Shown: positions 56,119 through 64,000 of the stretch, piece after piece
Numbering within the stretch: position 1 is the first letter of the stretch
Layout of the letters: every line of letters begins with the position of its first letter
Sequence record: LC819006.1
Direction: 5' to 3' (one strand)
DNA length: 64,000 nt
Notes under the pieces: generated by a model
Told to the model about the DNA's origin: nothing
What the model saw: the letters and a program-made list of their open reading frames with translations, nothing else
The model's database searches: none
Made by a program: the position numbers and the translations under genes

Positions 56119-57000
56119 ATGGACCACATTTTCCAGTCGAACATTTACTCGGATCGGGATCCGGATCAGAACATGGTCCAGATGAACGGATTGTTCCTCG
56201 ACCTGATCTCGACCTCTGCCACAGCAGACTGCCAGTCGATGCCGCTCAAGCAGTTCTTTGGCGACTTCTACACGAAGGCACGTTTCTCGGTGGAGAACAC
56301 GTTCGACAAGTTCCTCTCCTCGGCTCCGATCGAACTGCGTCCCGCGAAGATCTTCGAGCGTTTCGTGGATACGCGTCCGTATGCGGACATCATGCAATAC
56401 CGCGCTGAGATCCCCGAAGGTCTCATCGTTACGTATCTCGATTACCTGAAGGTTCTCATGCCTGCTCAGGAATCGGCCAACAACATCGTGAAGGACGTCA
56501 TCGATCCGTTCACGACTTTCGTCTCGAAGATGATCTCGGACGAAATCTTCCGTAATCAGGCTGGCCATCAGATCAAGGAGTTCGCTAAACTTGAACCTGA
56601 ATACGTGAAGATCAACAAGGAATTCGCCAAGTGCTTCGGCAAGAACGATTTTAGTGCTTCTGCTGCATTCGGTGAAGTCGTCAAGCGCAACGGTGACTGG
56701 CGTACTGTCTTCTCGGAAACGGCAGAACTGAAGAAGCTCTATCAGGACTTCCCGGCTCAGGAACTCACGAAGAAGCTGAACCGTCTCTACGAGATGCTCG
56801 ACGAGCTCGTGGATCAGATCAAGCTCGATCACTACGCGCAGGTGGAAAAGGAAGTCACGCAGCTGCTGGGCAACGGCATGTACTTCGTGGCGAAGATGGT
56901 GGAGCTCTCGGCTCTGACCACGTTCCGCAGCCGTACGTTCATCGAGACGATCAACACCACGATCAAGAACGTCGAAGAGTTGCCGAACGTGAAGAATTAA
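56119..57000 (+). CDS. Virion protein (phiKZ gp153-like)
   Basis: 293 aa, helical; IPEGLIVTYLDY; lies between UvsX and RNase H. Confidence 0.65.
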   Translation: MDHIFQSNIYSDRDPDQNMVQMNGLFLDLISTSATADCQSMPLKQFFGDFYTKARFSVENTFDKFLSSAPIELRPAKIFERFVDTRPYADIMQYRAEIPEGLIVTYLDYLKVLMPAQESANNIVKDVIDPFTTFVSKMISDEIFRNQAGHQIKEFAKLEPEYVKINKEFAKCFGKNDFSASAAFGEVVKRNGDWRTVFSETAELKKLYQDFPAQELTKKLNRLYEMLDELVDQIKLDHYAQVEKEVTQLLGNGMYFVAKMVELSALTTFRSRTFIETINTTIKNVEELPNVKN

Positions 57001-57037
57001 AACGCAGTTAAGAAACAAAAAAAATAATGACGCTTAT

Positions 57038-57067
57038 CTACTCCTGGGGCCTAGGCCCCAGGAGTAG
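57038..57067. terminator. Bidirectional hairpin
   Basis: CTACTCCTGGGGC-ctag-GCCCCAGGAGTAG between convergent genes. Confidence 0.6.
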
Positions 57068-57078
57068 TTTGTCTCTTT

Positions 57079-57537
57079 TTATTCTGCGGCAAGTTCCAGC
57101 GGCCGGTTGTGCGTGAAGTCGGCTAATAACCGTTCACGACGAATCTGCGCCTTTGCTGTGTTTACCTTAGAGAGATACCGTCGGTCGCCTGGGTTGTACA
57201 TGGCGATGGCGCGGTCACGGGTCTTGTAACGGTCAAGGTTACGAGAAAGAAGAGTAGCACCGAAACCCACGTTCGTGCATGACTTGTAAAGATCTTTCGC
57301 GAATACTTTCTTTTTCCTTAGTTCGGGAAGGTGAATGGAATTGATTTGCATGAGACCGTAACTGGTTGAACCATTACGATCATGGTGGACGGCTTTCGGA
57401 TTACCGCCGCTTTCGACCTTGATGATGGCACGGACGTCCATCTCATTGAGGCCGTTCTGTTTAGCGATGTCGCTGACGCAATCTGCAAGGGCCAAGTTGC
57501 AGAGGGAGAAGAGTAGCGCGAGTAAGAATAAACGCAT
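57079..57537 (-). CDS. Soluble lytic transglycosylase (SLT; IagB/PilT-like) with signal peptide
   Basis: MRLFLLALLFSLCNLALA signal; catalytic IIKVESGGN, YGLMQIN, NVGFGATLL and AIAMYN; AAGGA RBS. Confidence 0.85.
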   Translation of the reverse strand: MRLFLLALLFSLCNLALADCVSDIAKQNGLNEMDVRAIIKVESGGNPKAVHHDRNGSTSYGLMQINSIHLPELRKKKVFAKDLYKSCTNVGFGATLLSRNLDRYKTRDRAIAMYNPGDRRYLSKVNTAKAQIRRERLLADFTHNRPLELAAE

Positions 57538-57632
57538 TATTTTCCTTGTTAGACTACCAGTTGTAAAAAAGCGAGACACAAACTCACTCTACACCCTTGT
57601 GGGGCGTAGAGTGGTTTATGGGAGTTCTTCGA

Positions 57633-58049
57633 TCACTGGACAAACAACTGATCACGAGCTTCGAGGAGCTGACGAACTTCGATGACCACACGGAAGATCT
57701 CATCGTAGACCAACCAGCACGGCATCATCACAACGATTTGTCGCGCAATTCGCGTCAGGTCGTGATCCGATTTTTGATGAAGGAAGACTGGACAGACAAG
57801 GTCTTCGACAGGACGTTTGCCCCAGATCTTGTCTGTGCAGGCGATCGGGAGTTCCATTGCGTGAGGATCGACTTTGGTCAGACCAAACTCTTTCTGAATT
57901 CGCAATAGTGTCTCTCGATCCAGTTCACTCTTCCCCGCAAGCTTGCCTGACAGGGAGGAAATGAACATGAGTCGTTTCATGCGCGAGGGTAAGAGGTGGA
58001 ACAAAACCCGCAACGTGCGGGTCTGGAATCTCTTATTCGACAGTTTCAT
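57633..58049 (-). CDS. Hypothetical protein
   Basis: Start MKLSNK (TATG); basic; about 138 aa. Confidence 0.6.
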   Translation of the reverse strand: MKLSNKRFQTRTLRVLFHLLPSRMKRLMFISSLSGKLAGKSELDRETLLRIQKEFGLTKVDPHAMELPIACTDKIWGKRPVEDLVCPVFLHQKSDHDLTRIARQIVVMMPCWLVYDEIFRVVIEVRQLLEARDQLFVQ

Positions 58050-58086
58050 AGTTGAATAACCTGCGAACAATAAAGTTGATCATCCC

Positions 58087-59676
58087 CTATGCGGCCTTTT
58101 TCAACTTCGATTGCTTCGCCTTGTTCAGGCGTACATTCGAGTAGTAACCACAATAGGCACCGGCGTCATCACCTGCTTCGATGACGGTGAAATAACGGAA
58201 CACACCAGGAGACTCTTCCCAAGTAAGAAGCGTAACCTTTGGATTCGTCTCTTCGATCCTCTTAAGACCATTACGGTCAGCCATGTCGATTCCGAATGTG
58301 AGGATCGTGGGAAGCGTGATCTCCACGCCATTGGAGTCCCGGTAGAGGGCGTCTACCTCGATCGAAGCTACCCCAGGCTTGATCGACGCCTTCAGTTTCG
58401 TTACAGGAATTTCCTTGTTCTTCTTCTTCGTAATCGACGTCTCATATAAATGAGGCGTCAGATCCGTCACCGCATACCGTTTGGACGATTCGTCTTTGTT
58501 CAACCACTCGTCAAGACGGCTGGCCAGAGTGTTCACGGCCATTACGGCTTCCAAGGCTTTCTTCGGTGGATCGACTACCTCGGTGACGACCTGTTTGTCT
58601 ACCGACTGAAGATTGTTGTTGTAGGAGTTGGGCTGATACAAAGACCAGTTACCATACTCGGTGAACATCTTGAAAACGTTCGACTTGAAAAACGCACCCA
58701 GATGTCCGATGACCATCTCGTTCTTATAGCCACCCAACTTGCAATGGTAGGCTATAAGGGCCTCCAACGATTCGATCGGTTCTTTCGTTTGAATGACTGA
58801 GTAGGAGGTATCGCTCAGTCGCTTGCCGAAGAGACCCAAGTCCTTGTCGATGGCGCCCATGTAGTAGCGGCCCTTCTCGGTCCCGGTCATCTCTCCGTTG
58901 AAGAAGAGCTTCTGATGGCAGATAAGCGGATGCTTGTCGACTTCTGCTGCCTTCCAGTAACCCTGAGCAGGTTCCTTATGGAAGGCATCGTCGGTCAAAC
59001 CAGCCAAGGTCATGTTCTTACCCAGGTTGGCATTGTTATCTGCCAGCTGGTTGCCCAGGAAGATCGAGTGACCCGGCATCCAGTCGCACTTGATGTCGTA
59101 GTCCTTCATCTCGTTCTTGAGCTTCCAGAGATGCTGCCAGAGCGGCTTGTTCTTGATTTCATTGCCATCGCGGCGACGCCAGTTGTTCTTCGCCCAGAGG
59201 GGAAGGACTTTGGTATAGCCGTCGAGAGTGTATTCGCTATCCAGCCACAGGCGGATTGTGCGAATGTTTTCACGCTGGCAGTATTCAAGTGCTTTGATGA
59301 GGGCAGTGATTTCTGCGGCGTTGTTGGTCGAACGACCTTTCTCGTCAACGATCGGCGAAGGACCGAAAGCGTCGAGATAGAAGACGGGAGTAATTTCGAT
59401 CGATTCCATGTGGCGATCGAGGATGGACATCGTGCCTTCCTTCAGCTTCGATTCGTCCAGGTTCACGTAAGGATCTTCACCCTTACGGAATGCGTCGAGC
59501 ATGGCTTTGTCGACGTAGCCTTCGTTGGTCAGGTAGAAGTCAGCGTTGCCGCTTCCTTTCTTGGGTGCTTCGTTCGAATAGGCGTAACCGTGAATACCCC
59601 AGCCGCCTTCGCCGGGGTTAGGCACGCACGATCCGTCCGTATGCAGAATGATTGCATCGATTTTAAGGTCGCTCAT
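58087..59676 (-). CDS. rnhA: Ribonuclease HI with a large C-terminal extension (phiKZ gp155-like)
   Basis: HTDGSC.PNPG.GGWG, TNNAAEI, LDSEY, WAKNNW, IKNKPLWQ and GHS..GNQLAD; all four acidic catalytic residues present. Confidence 0.9.
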   Translation of the reverse strand: MSDLKIDAIILHTDGSCVPNPGEGGWGIHGYAYSNEAPKKGSGNADFYLTNEGYVDKAMLDAFRKGEDPYVNLDESKLKEGTMSILDRHMESIEITPVFYLDAFGPSPIVDEKGRSTNNAAEITALIKALEYCQRENIRTIRLWLDSEYTLDGYTKVLPLWAKNNWRRRDGNEIKNKPLWQHLWKLKNEMKDYDIKCDWMPGHSIFLGNQLADNNANLGKNMTLAGLTDDAFHKEPAQGYWKAAEVDKHPLICHQKLFFNGEMTGTEKGRYYMGAIDKDLGLFGKRLSDTSYSVIQTKEPIESLEALIAYHCKLGGYKNEMVIGHLGAFFKSNVFKMFTEYGNWSLYQPNSYNNNLQSVDKQVVTEVVDPPKKALEAVMAVNTLASRLDEWLNKDESSKRYAVTDLTPHLYETSITKKKNKEIPVTKLKASIKPGVASIEVDALYRDSNGVEITLPTILTFGIDMADRNGLKRIEETNPKVTLLTWEESPGVFRYFTVIEAGDDAGAYCGYYSNVRLNKAKQSKLKKAA

Positions 59677-59728
59677 GTTTTATCTCTACGTTGGCATTAG
59701 ACACTGTATCAGAGTCTAGCCTAAGTTT

Positions 59729-60064
59729 TTATCGACACTGTTCTACCCGCTGACGTGTCTTGGTGATCACGTACAGGAGTTGGTCGATGTATTTGTTTTG
59801 CTTGTCCATGTAGTCTTGCAAGAAGGCATCCATGGTTCCGTTTTTGATATCGTCGTCGGTGAAGCTTTGAAACTTCTTCCGATCGAACTGAGGCCGACGT
59901 GTGTAACGAGGCATGTTCTCCTGTTCACACAAGTCAACCATCATTCTATTCTGTTTGGTAATATATTCCTGATTTTTGTCTGTCTGTGGAGGATCAGGTT
60001 GTTTCGGTTCTTGCGCGCATGCAGCCAGGAACGCGAAGAGAACCCCCGTCAAAATTTTCTTCAT
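59729..60064 (-). CDS. Lipoprotein, o-spanin candidate
   Basis: Lipobox LAAC (Cys16), Pro-rich start, two further Cys; directly downstream of an i-spanin-like gene. Confidence 0.6.
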   Translation of the reverse strand: MKKILTGVLFAFLAACAQEPKQPDPPQTDKNQEYITKQNRMMVDLCEQENMPRYTRRPQFDRKKFQSFTDDDIKNGTMDAFLQDYMDKQNKYIDQLLYVITKTRQRVEQCR

Positions 60065-60123
60065 CTCTTCAATCCGGCAAAATGACCCCGGGAACGGAGC
60101 TCTGTTTAGGAGCCCCGTTTTCC

Positions 60124-60621
60124 CTAATCGTCGTACTTATCAAAGAAATCCGAATAGGACTTCTTCCGTCTAGCGGCTACTGATTCAGAAGCGACCTGGT
60201 CCTGGCCTGACTGCTCCTGAGGGCGCGCTTTGCGGTGCTGCTCGGCCTTCGTTTTAAAAGCTGCCACGACGTTGTGTTCGGGTGGTTCTGGAAGTCGTCC
60301 AGGGATTTCCGCGGGATTCACACACGTGACAGAGTTCAAAGTTGGTCGCGCTGCCAACTTGTCTTCTAACTCTTTGATACGTAATTCCATCCGGTGAACG
60401 TTAGCAGCTTCAACGGACTTCTCTAGCTTGATGTGTTCCTGCGACAACTGGTAGAATTTGGGAATGATCAGGAAGAGCGCGAAGATCAATCCCGAAACAA
60501 AGAAAAGCAGGAACACTTTCTTTCTTTGAGTCCTCATCCCCTCTTTCAGGGTAATCCCACCTAGAACCAATTCTTTTAAGAACGGCCAGATGAGCCTGAA
60601 GATGTAAAATGCTGATGACAT
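60124..60621 (-). CDS. Inner-membrane coiled-coil protein, i-spanin candidate
   Basis: TM segment VFLLFFVSGLIFALFLIIP followed by a heptad-rich region and one Cys. Confidence 0.55.
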   Translation of the reverse strand: MSSAFYIFRLIWPFLKELVLGGITLKEGMRTQRKKVFLLFFVSGLIFALFLIIPKFYQLSQEHIKLEKSVEAANVHRMELRIKELEDKLAARPTLNSVTCVNPAEIPGRLPEPPEHNVVAAFKTKAEQHRKARPQEQSGQDQVASESVAARRKKSYSDFFDKYDD

Positions 60622-60730
60622 GCCGAGGACCTCTTATCCATTTTATGACGGTTCCGTGTTCCTCATGTATTTTACCACTTTTGGTGGGAAAATTCTAACA
60701 ATTTTTTTGAACTGCTGTATAAGGTGAGCC

Positions 60731-62032
60731 ATGAATACCATCAAAGGCTTTGCTCTCAATCGCAACTTCGTCAACAACGCTCCAGGCGTCGTTGCTGATA
60801 TCGGCGAGCTTTCACAGCTGGGTTATACCTTCGCCAAGGAACCCAGGGTGTACTCCTCGCAGACATATCCCACATTATCACTGGTCCACATGCCGACCAA
60901 AGGTAGTGGTGTGGGTTTCTCTGCTGCCATTCCGGACGATCAGGTCGCACACATCCTGAACGTCATCAACAACATTTACACGAAGTCGCTCAGCAATACG
61001 AATCCGATTGCTCCGGGTGAATTCGTGACCTACCTCCAGAACCAGATGGGTGCCGCTGTGGCAAACATCACGGTCGGTGGTCAGGTGATTTCGGGTAACC
61101 GCTCCATCGTCGAATGGATCCAGTGGAACAACCCCGCAGTCGACAACACCAACATCAACAAGGTCTGGTTCGTCAACTCGTCTTTCGTTGGCCAATTCGA
61201 CGAATACGACTTCACGGTTATTCCGCCTTTCACTCCGGTCAGTCAGTTCTTCGGTCAGCCGGCAGACGTGAAGGCGCTGCTCGCTTCGCGCAACTACAAC
61301 CAGCAGACTCAGGCCATCGAAGATGCTCGCGCTGGTTCGAACGAAACGTTCCTCTGGGGTAACGAGTACAACTACGTGAACCCGGTGAACGCCAACGACA
61401 AGACGCCTGCGAAGTTTGCTGTGCTCGGTTATGGCGAAGCTGCGAACAACATCGACTTGATCAAGCAAGCGATCGTCGACTACCTGCTCACCAACTCCAC
61501 GCAAACGCGAGATCAGTGGAAGGCAATTTTGCCTGACCTTTTTTTGCGTACGGAGGTGATGTTGTTCCCCCAGTGGGGGTCGTTCGCGATTGAGAATGTG
61601 GTCGGTGGCAACAACGGCATCTATTCGCCGATTCAGTTGCTCTCGTCGATCCTGACTCAGATCACGAACGACGCAACAGGTTACGACCCGACCTTCGTGC
61701 AGAACAACGCACAGATCTTCACGTTCCCGTATATGTCGATTGCAATCGGCTCGTGCGGCAATGCAGAAAACCGTGACGGCAAGACGAAGCTCTCGGACTG
61801 GTTCCCGGATTACTTCTTCACACCCAACACATCGGCTGACTTCAACCGCATGTCTCTCGACACGCAGGGCTGGTTCCAGATGATGATGGCGATGCTGCCG
61901 ATTGCCCGTGACATGACTTCGGGCTCCACGGTTCCCAACGGTTATACGCGAGTGATTCGCGGCACGAAGATGTATCTCGCTAAGAGCTACGACGACGTGC
62001 AGTTCCTCGTGCAAGCACAGGCGACTCCGTAA
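60731..62032 (+). CDS. Virion structural protein (phiKZ gp157-like)
   Basis: IKGFAL..FVNN.PGVVADIGELS and ILPDLFLRTE..LFPQW; 433 aa. Confidence 0.72.
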   Translation: MNTIKGFALNRNFVNNAPGVVADIGELSQLGYTFAKEPRVYSSQTYPTLSLVHMPTKGSGVGFSAAIPDDQVAHILNVINNIYTKSLSNTNPIAPGEFVTYLQNQMGAAVANITVGGQVISGNRSIVEWIQWNNPAVDNTNINKVWFVNSSFVGQFDEYDFTVIPPFTPVSQFFGQPADVKALLASRNYNQQTQAIEDARAGSNETFLWGNEYNYVNPVNANDKTPAKFAVLGYGEAANNIDLIKQAIVDYLLTNSTQTRDQWKAILPDLFLRTEVMLFPQWGSFAIENVVGGNNGIYSPIQLLSSILTQITNDATGYDPTFVQNNAQIFTFPYMSIAIGSCGNAENRDGKTKLSDWFPDYFFTPNTSADFNRMSLDTQGWFQMMMAMLPIARDMTSGSTVPNGYTRVIRGTKMYLAKSYDDVQFLVQAQATP

Positions 62033-62667
62033 TGGCAACTGAACTCCTACCTGGCATTGGAGCTTCGGGGGATTGGACCCTCAAGCCTCCTTACGATTCC
62101 AAGTACACCGCTGGTCTCGCTTACAGCTGTCGGGCGATCAACAAGATCAGTTCCATGGTGGCCACGGGTATTGACGTTCTGAATACCCTGTTCATCCCGG
62201 CTGGCTTGGCGCAAGCCGATTACGATGCGGCTGTGGTGGCGGACCTTTCGATGGTTACGCTGCAATCCGCAGCGGGTCAGTTGATCATCCTGCCTTCGAC
62301 GTATCTGGCAGGCTGGCCCAGTGGGGACTCCGTACCTTATGCTGTCGTGGGTATGGTGATCAACCTCGGTCCGATTCCGAACACGATCGATCCGACCTTC
62401 CTCACGGCAAAGGTTGAGCCTGTCATCAAGAACGCTCTGGGTTTGGACCCCGAGATCCATTACGTTACGTTGTCGGAGACGACCAACAAGACGTGGGACG
62501 ATCACGTGGCTCAGGAGAACACACGCACTGCTGCAATCACGGATGGCAATTCGGATTACATCAAGCGTCTGAATGCCGAGGCTGCTTTGACGGCAGCACA
62601 AGCCCAGATCGCAGCACTACAGCAAGTCATCATCGATGCTGGTTTGACCATCCCGACAAGCTCATAA
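62032..62667 (+). CDS. Conserved phiKZ-like protein following the gp157-like gene
   Basis: PGIGASGDWTLKPPY N-terminus and C-terminal coiled coil; TAATG coupling. Confidence 0.68.
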   Translation: MATELLPGIGASGDWTLKPPYDSKYTAGLAYSCRAINKISSMVATGIDVLNTLFIPAGLAQADYDAAVVADLSMVTLQSAAGQLIILPSTYLAGWPSGDSVPYAVVGMVINLGPIPNTIDPTFLTAKVEPVIKNALGLDPEIHYVTLSETTNKTWDDHVAQENTRTAAITDGNSDYIKRLNAEAALTAAQAQIAALQQVIIDAGLTIPTSS

Positions 62668-62679
62668 ACGAAAAAGACT

Positions 62680-62705
62680 CTACTGCTGGCTTCGGCCAGC
62701 AGTAG
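62680..62705 (+). terminator. Hairpin
   Basis: CTACTGCTGGC-ttcg-GCCAGCAGTAG. Confidence 0.6.
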
Positions 62706-62735
62706 TGATCTTGTGAATTTAGAATAGAGGCGTAT

Positions 62736-63395
62736 ATGCAAACCGCGATGCTTTTAAAAAAGAAAGCAGCTATAGGGGTGCTGACCAATCTGTTAATGCC
62801 GTTTGACGGAAATTTCACAGATCTGGCAGGTAATACTGGCATCACCCAAGCCAACTATAGTTTCTTGACAAACCAGAAGTTCGGACAACAGGCAGTCAAG
62901 TTCGGATCGAATGGTGGCGTGACTGTTCCGCTAACATCGAAAATCACTTATGCTGGCGATTTCACAATCGAGACATGGGTATCGATGGGATCGCTAACCG
63001 GCGAGCAGATGCTGATTACTGCTGGGGCTGGGTGTTACATTGACTGCTATACGGGCGGCGCCTATAACGGAGGCGCTCCATGTTTTATTGTTTCGATCAA
63101 TCCGACGAATAGTCATGCGTCAATGATTGTCGTTGGCAATAACTGGACGGTTGGGACACTCCATCACCTGGCACTTTGTCGCTCGGGTTCAACAGTAACT
63201 TTGTACGGCGACGGAGCGGTGAAGGGAACAGTGACCAATACCAATGTATGGGCGAATTCAAACTGGACGATCGGCAACTACACGTCGTCTCCGCTCTACG
63301 GTTTCTCTGGCGGTGTTCAGCAAGTTCGAGCATCGAATGTCTGCCGCTATACCGGACCATTCACGCCGCCGTCTAGCCCGTTCGTTCTCGATTAA
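62736..63395 (+). CDS. LamG/concanavalin-A-like domain protein
   Basis: LLMPFDG..FTD, KFGQQAVKF, GDFTIETWV, LHHLALCRSGSTVTLYGDG, QVRASNVCRYTGPFTPP. Confidence 0.8.
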   Translation: MQTAMLLKKKAAIGVLTNLLMPFDGNFTDLAGNTGITQANYSFLTNQKFGQQAVKFGSNGGVTVPLTSKITYAGDFTIETWVSMGSLTGEQMLITAGAGCYIDCYTGGAYNGGAPCFIVSINPTNSHASMIVVGNNWTVGTLHHLALCRSGSTVTLYGDGAVKGTVTNTNVWANSNWTIGNYTSSPLYGFSGGVQQVRASNVCRYTGPFTPPSSPFVLD

Positions 63396-63408
63396 GTGAA
63401 GACAGAAT

Positions 63409-63939
63409 ATGCAAGCACTCGCAAAGATATCCGGCACCTGGAAAATTGTTAGGCAGATCTTCGTCAAACAAGGCGGAGTCTGGAAAACGGTTAAGCAGGG
63501 CTACATCAAAAGTGGAGGAGTCTGGAAACTCTTCTTCACACTGGGTTTTACCGCTCAGCCACAAACCTTCGTTCTCAGTAGTCATGCGGCTAGTACCGAT
63601 CTTGCTGAAATTAGTTTAACCGGCATGGGGGTTACGGATCACGGAGCGCTTCTCTCCGATCTGTTCATGTCGCAAAATTACGATAGTGGCGATGAGAACA
63701 GTGTAACGTCGTGGACATATCGAATGATGTACGATTCTTCGTCTGCGCCGCCTAGTTGGAGTGGGAATCTGAAAGTAACCAACCTGAGCTCAGGTATTTC
63801 TGTAACGCTGTCGCCCACAGCGGACCCCAGAACGTGGTTGCTTCAAATTCCCAGCGATGGTAGTCAGACGTATCCGGTTAGTCCTTACGACAAATGGATA
63901 CGTGATTCGATGGATACCTATTCAATCAGTGAAGCATAA
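63409..63939 (+). CDS. Tail-fibre-associated-like protein with an N-terminal K-x-G-G-x-W-K repeat
   Basis: KISGTWK, KQGGVWK and KSGGVWK repeats. Confidence 0.6.
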   Translation: MQALAKISGTWKIVRQIFVKQGGVWKTVKQGYIKSGGVWKLFFTLGFTAQPQTFVLSSHAASTDLAEISLTGMGVTDHGALLSDLFMSQNYDSGDENSVTSWTYRMMYDSSSAPPSWSGNLKVTNLSSGISVTLSPTADPRTWLLQIPSDGSQTYPVSPYDKWIRDSMDTYSISEA

Positions 63940-63947
63940 AGACATAG

Positions 63948-63973
63948 ACTACTCTCCCGTAAGGGAGAGTAGT
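63948..63973. terminator. Hairpin flanked by CATA and TATG
   Basis: ACTACTCTCCC-gtaa-GGGAGAGTAGT. Confidence 0.6.
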
Positions 63974-64000
63974 CGTATGTTTAACTGATTACCACATGTT

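Noticed and set aside
1352-63973. Recurrent similar hairpins as a possible CRISPR array or MITE family
   Set aside because: They are single, dispersed at gene ends, of differing sequence, and have no spacers or target-site duplications.
1-64000. tRNA genes or stop-codon reassignment
   Set aside because: No cloverleaf was found in the spacers, GTTCGA hits are inside CDSs, and core genes are full length in the standard code.

Overview
The window is a 64-kb segment of a phiKZ-like (Chimalliviridae-type, probably nucleus-forming) jumbo myophage genome. Core genes recognised from motifs: the palm half of the split family-B DNA polymerase, PhuZ tubulin, large terminase, tail sheath and tube, gp175-type prohead protease, three virion RNA polymerase pieces (beta-N, beta-C, catalytic beta'), a gp181-like tail protein with a GH19 lysozyme domain, UvsX and RNase H. 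Chimallin and the major capsid gene are not in the window. A betaproteobacterial host (Ralstonia/Burkholderia-like) is only an inference from codon usage and one host-like lipoprotein. Orthologies to phiKZ gp numbers come from remembered motifs and synteny, not from a database search. The most interesting unexplained elements are: a six-gene array of probable diverged paralogs between PhuZ and the polymerase; a membrane-anchored BCS1-type AAA ATPase beside small membrane-protein genes; an operon with two GNAT acetyltransferases and two unannotated basic microproteins; a 480-bp AT-rich spacer with overlapping inverted repeats; a lambdoid tape-measure motif inside the tail protein; lectin-like proteins sharing an N-terminal motif; an extended early-promoter consensus; and a CATA-hairpin-TATG signal family. 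No tRNA, CRISPR array, transposase, intron or intein was recognised.
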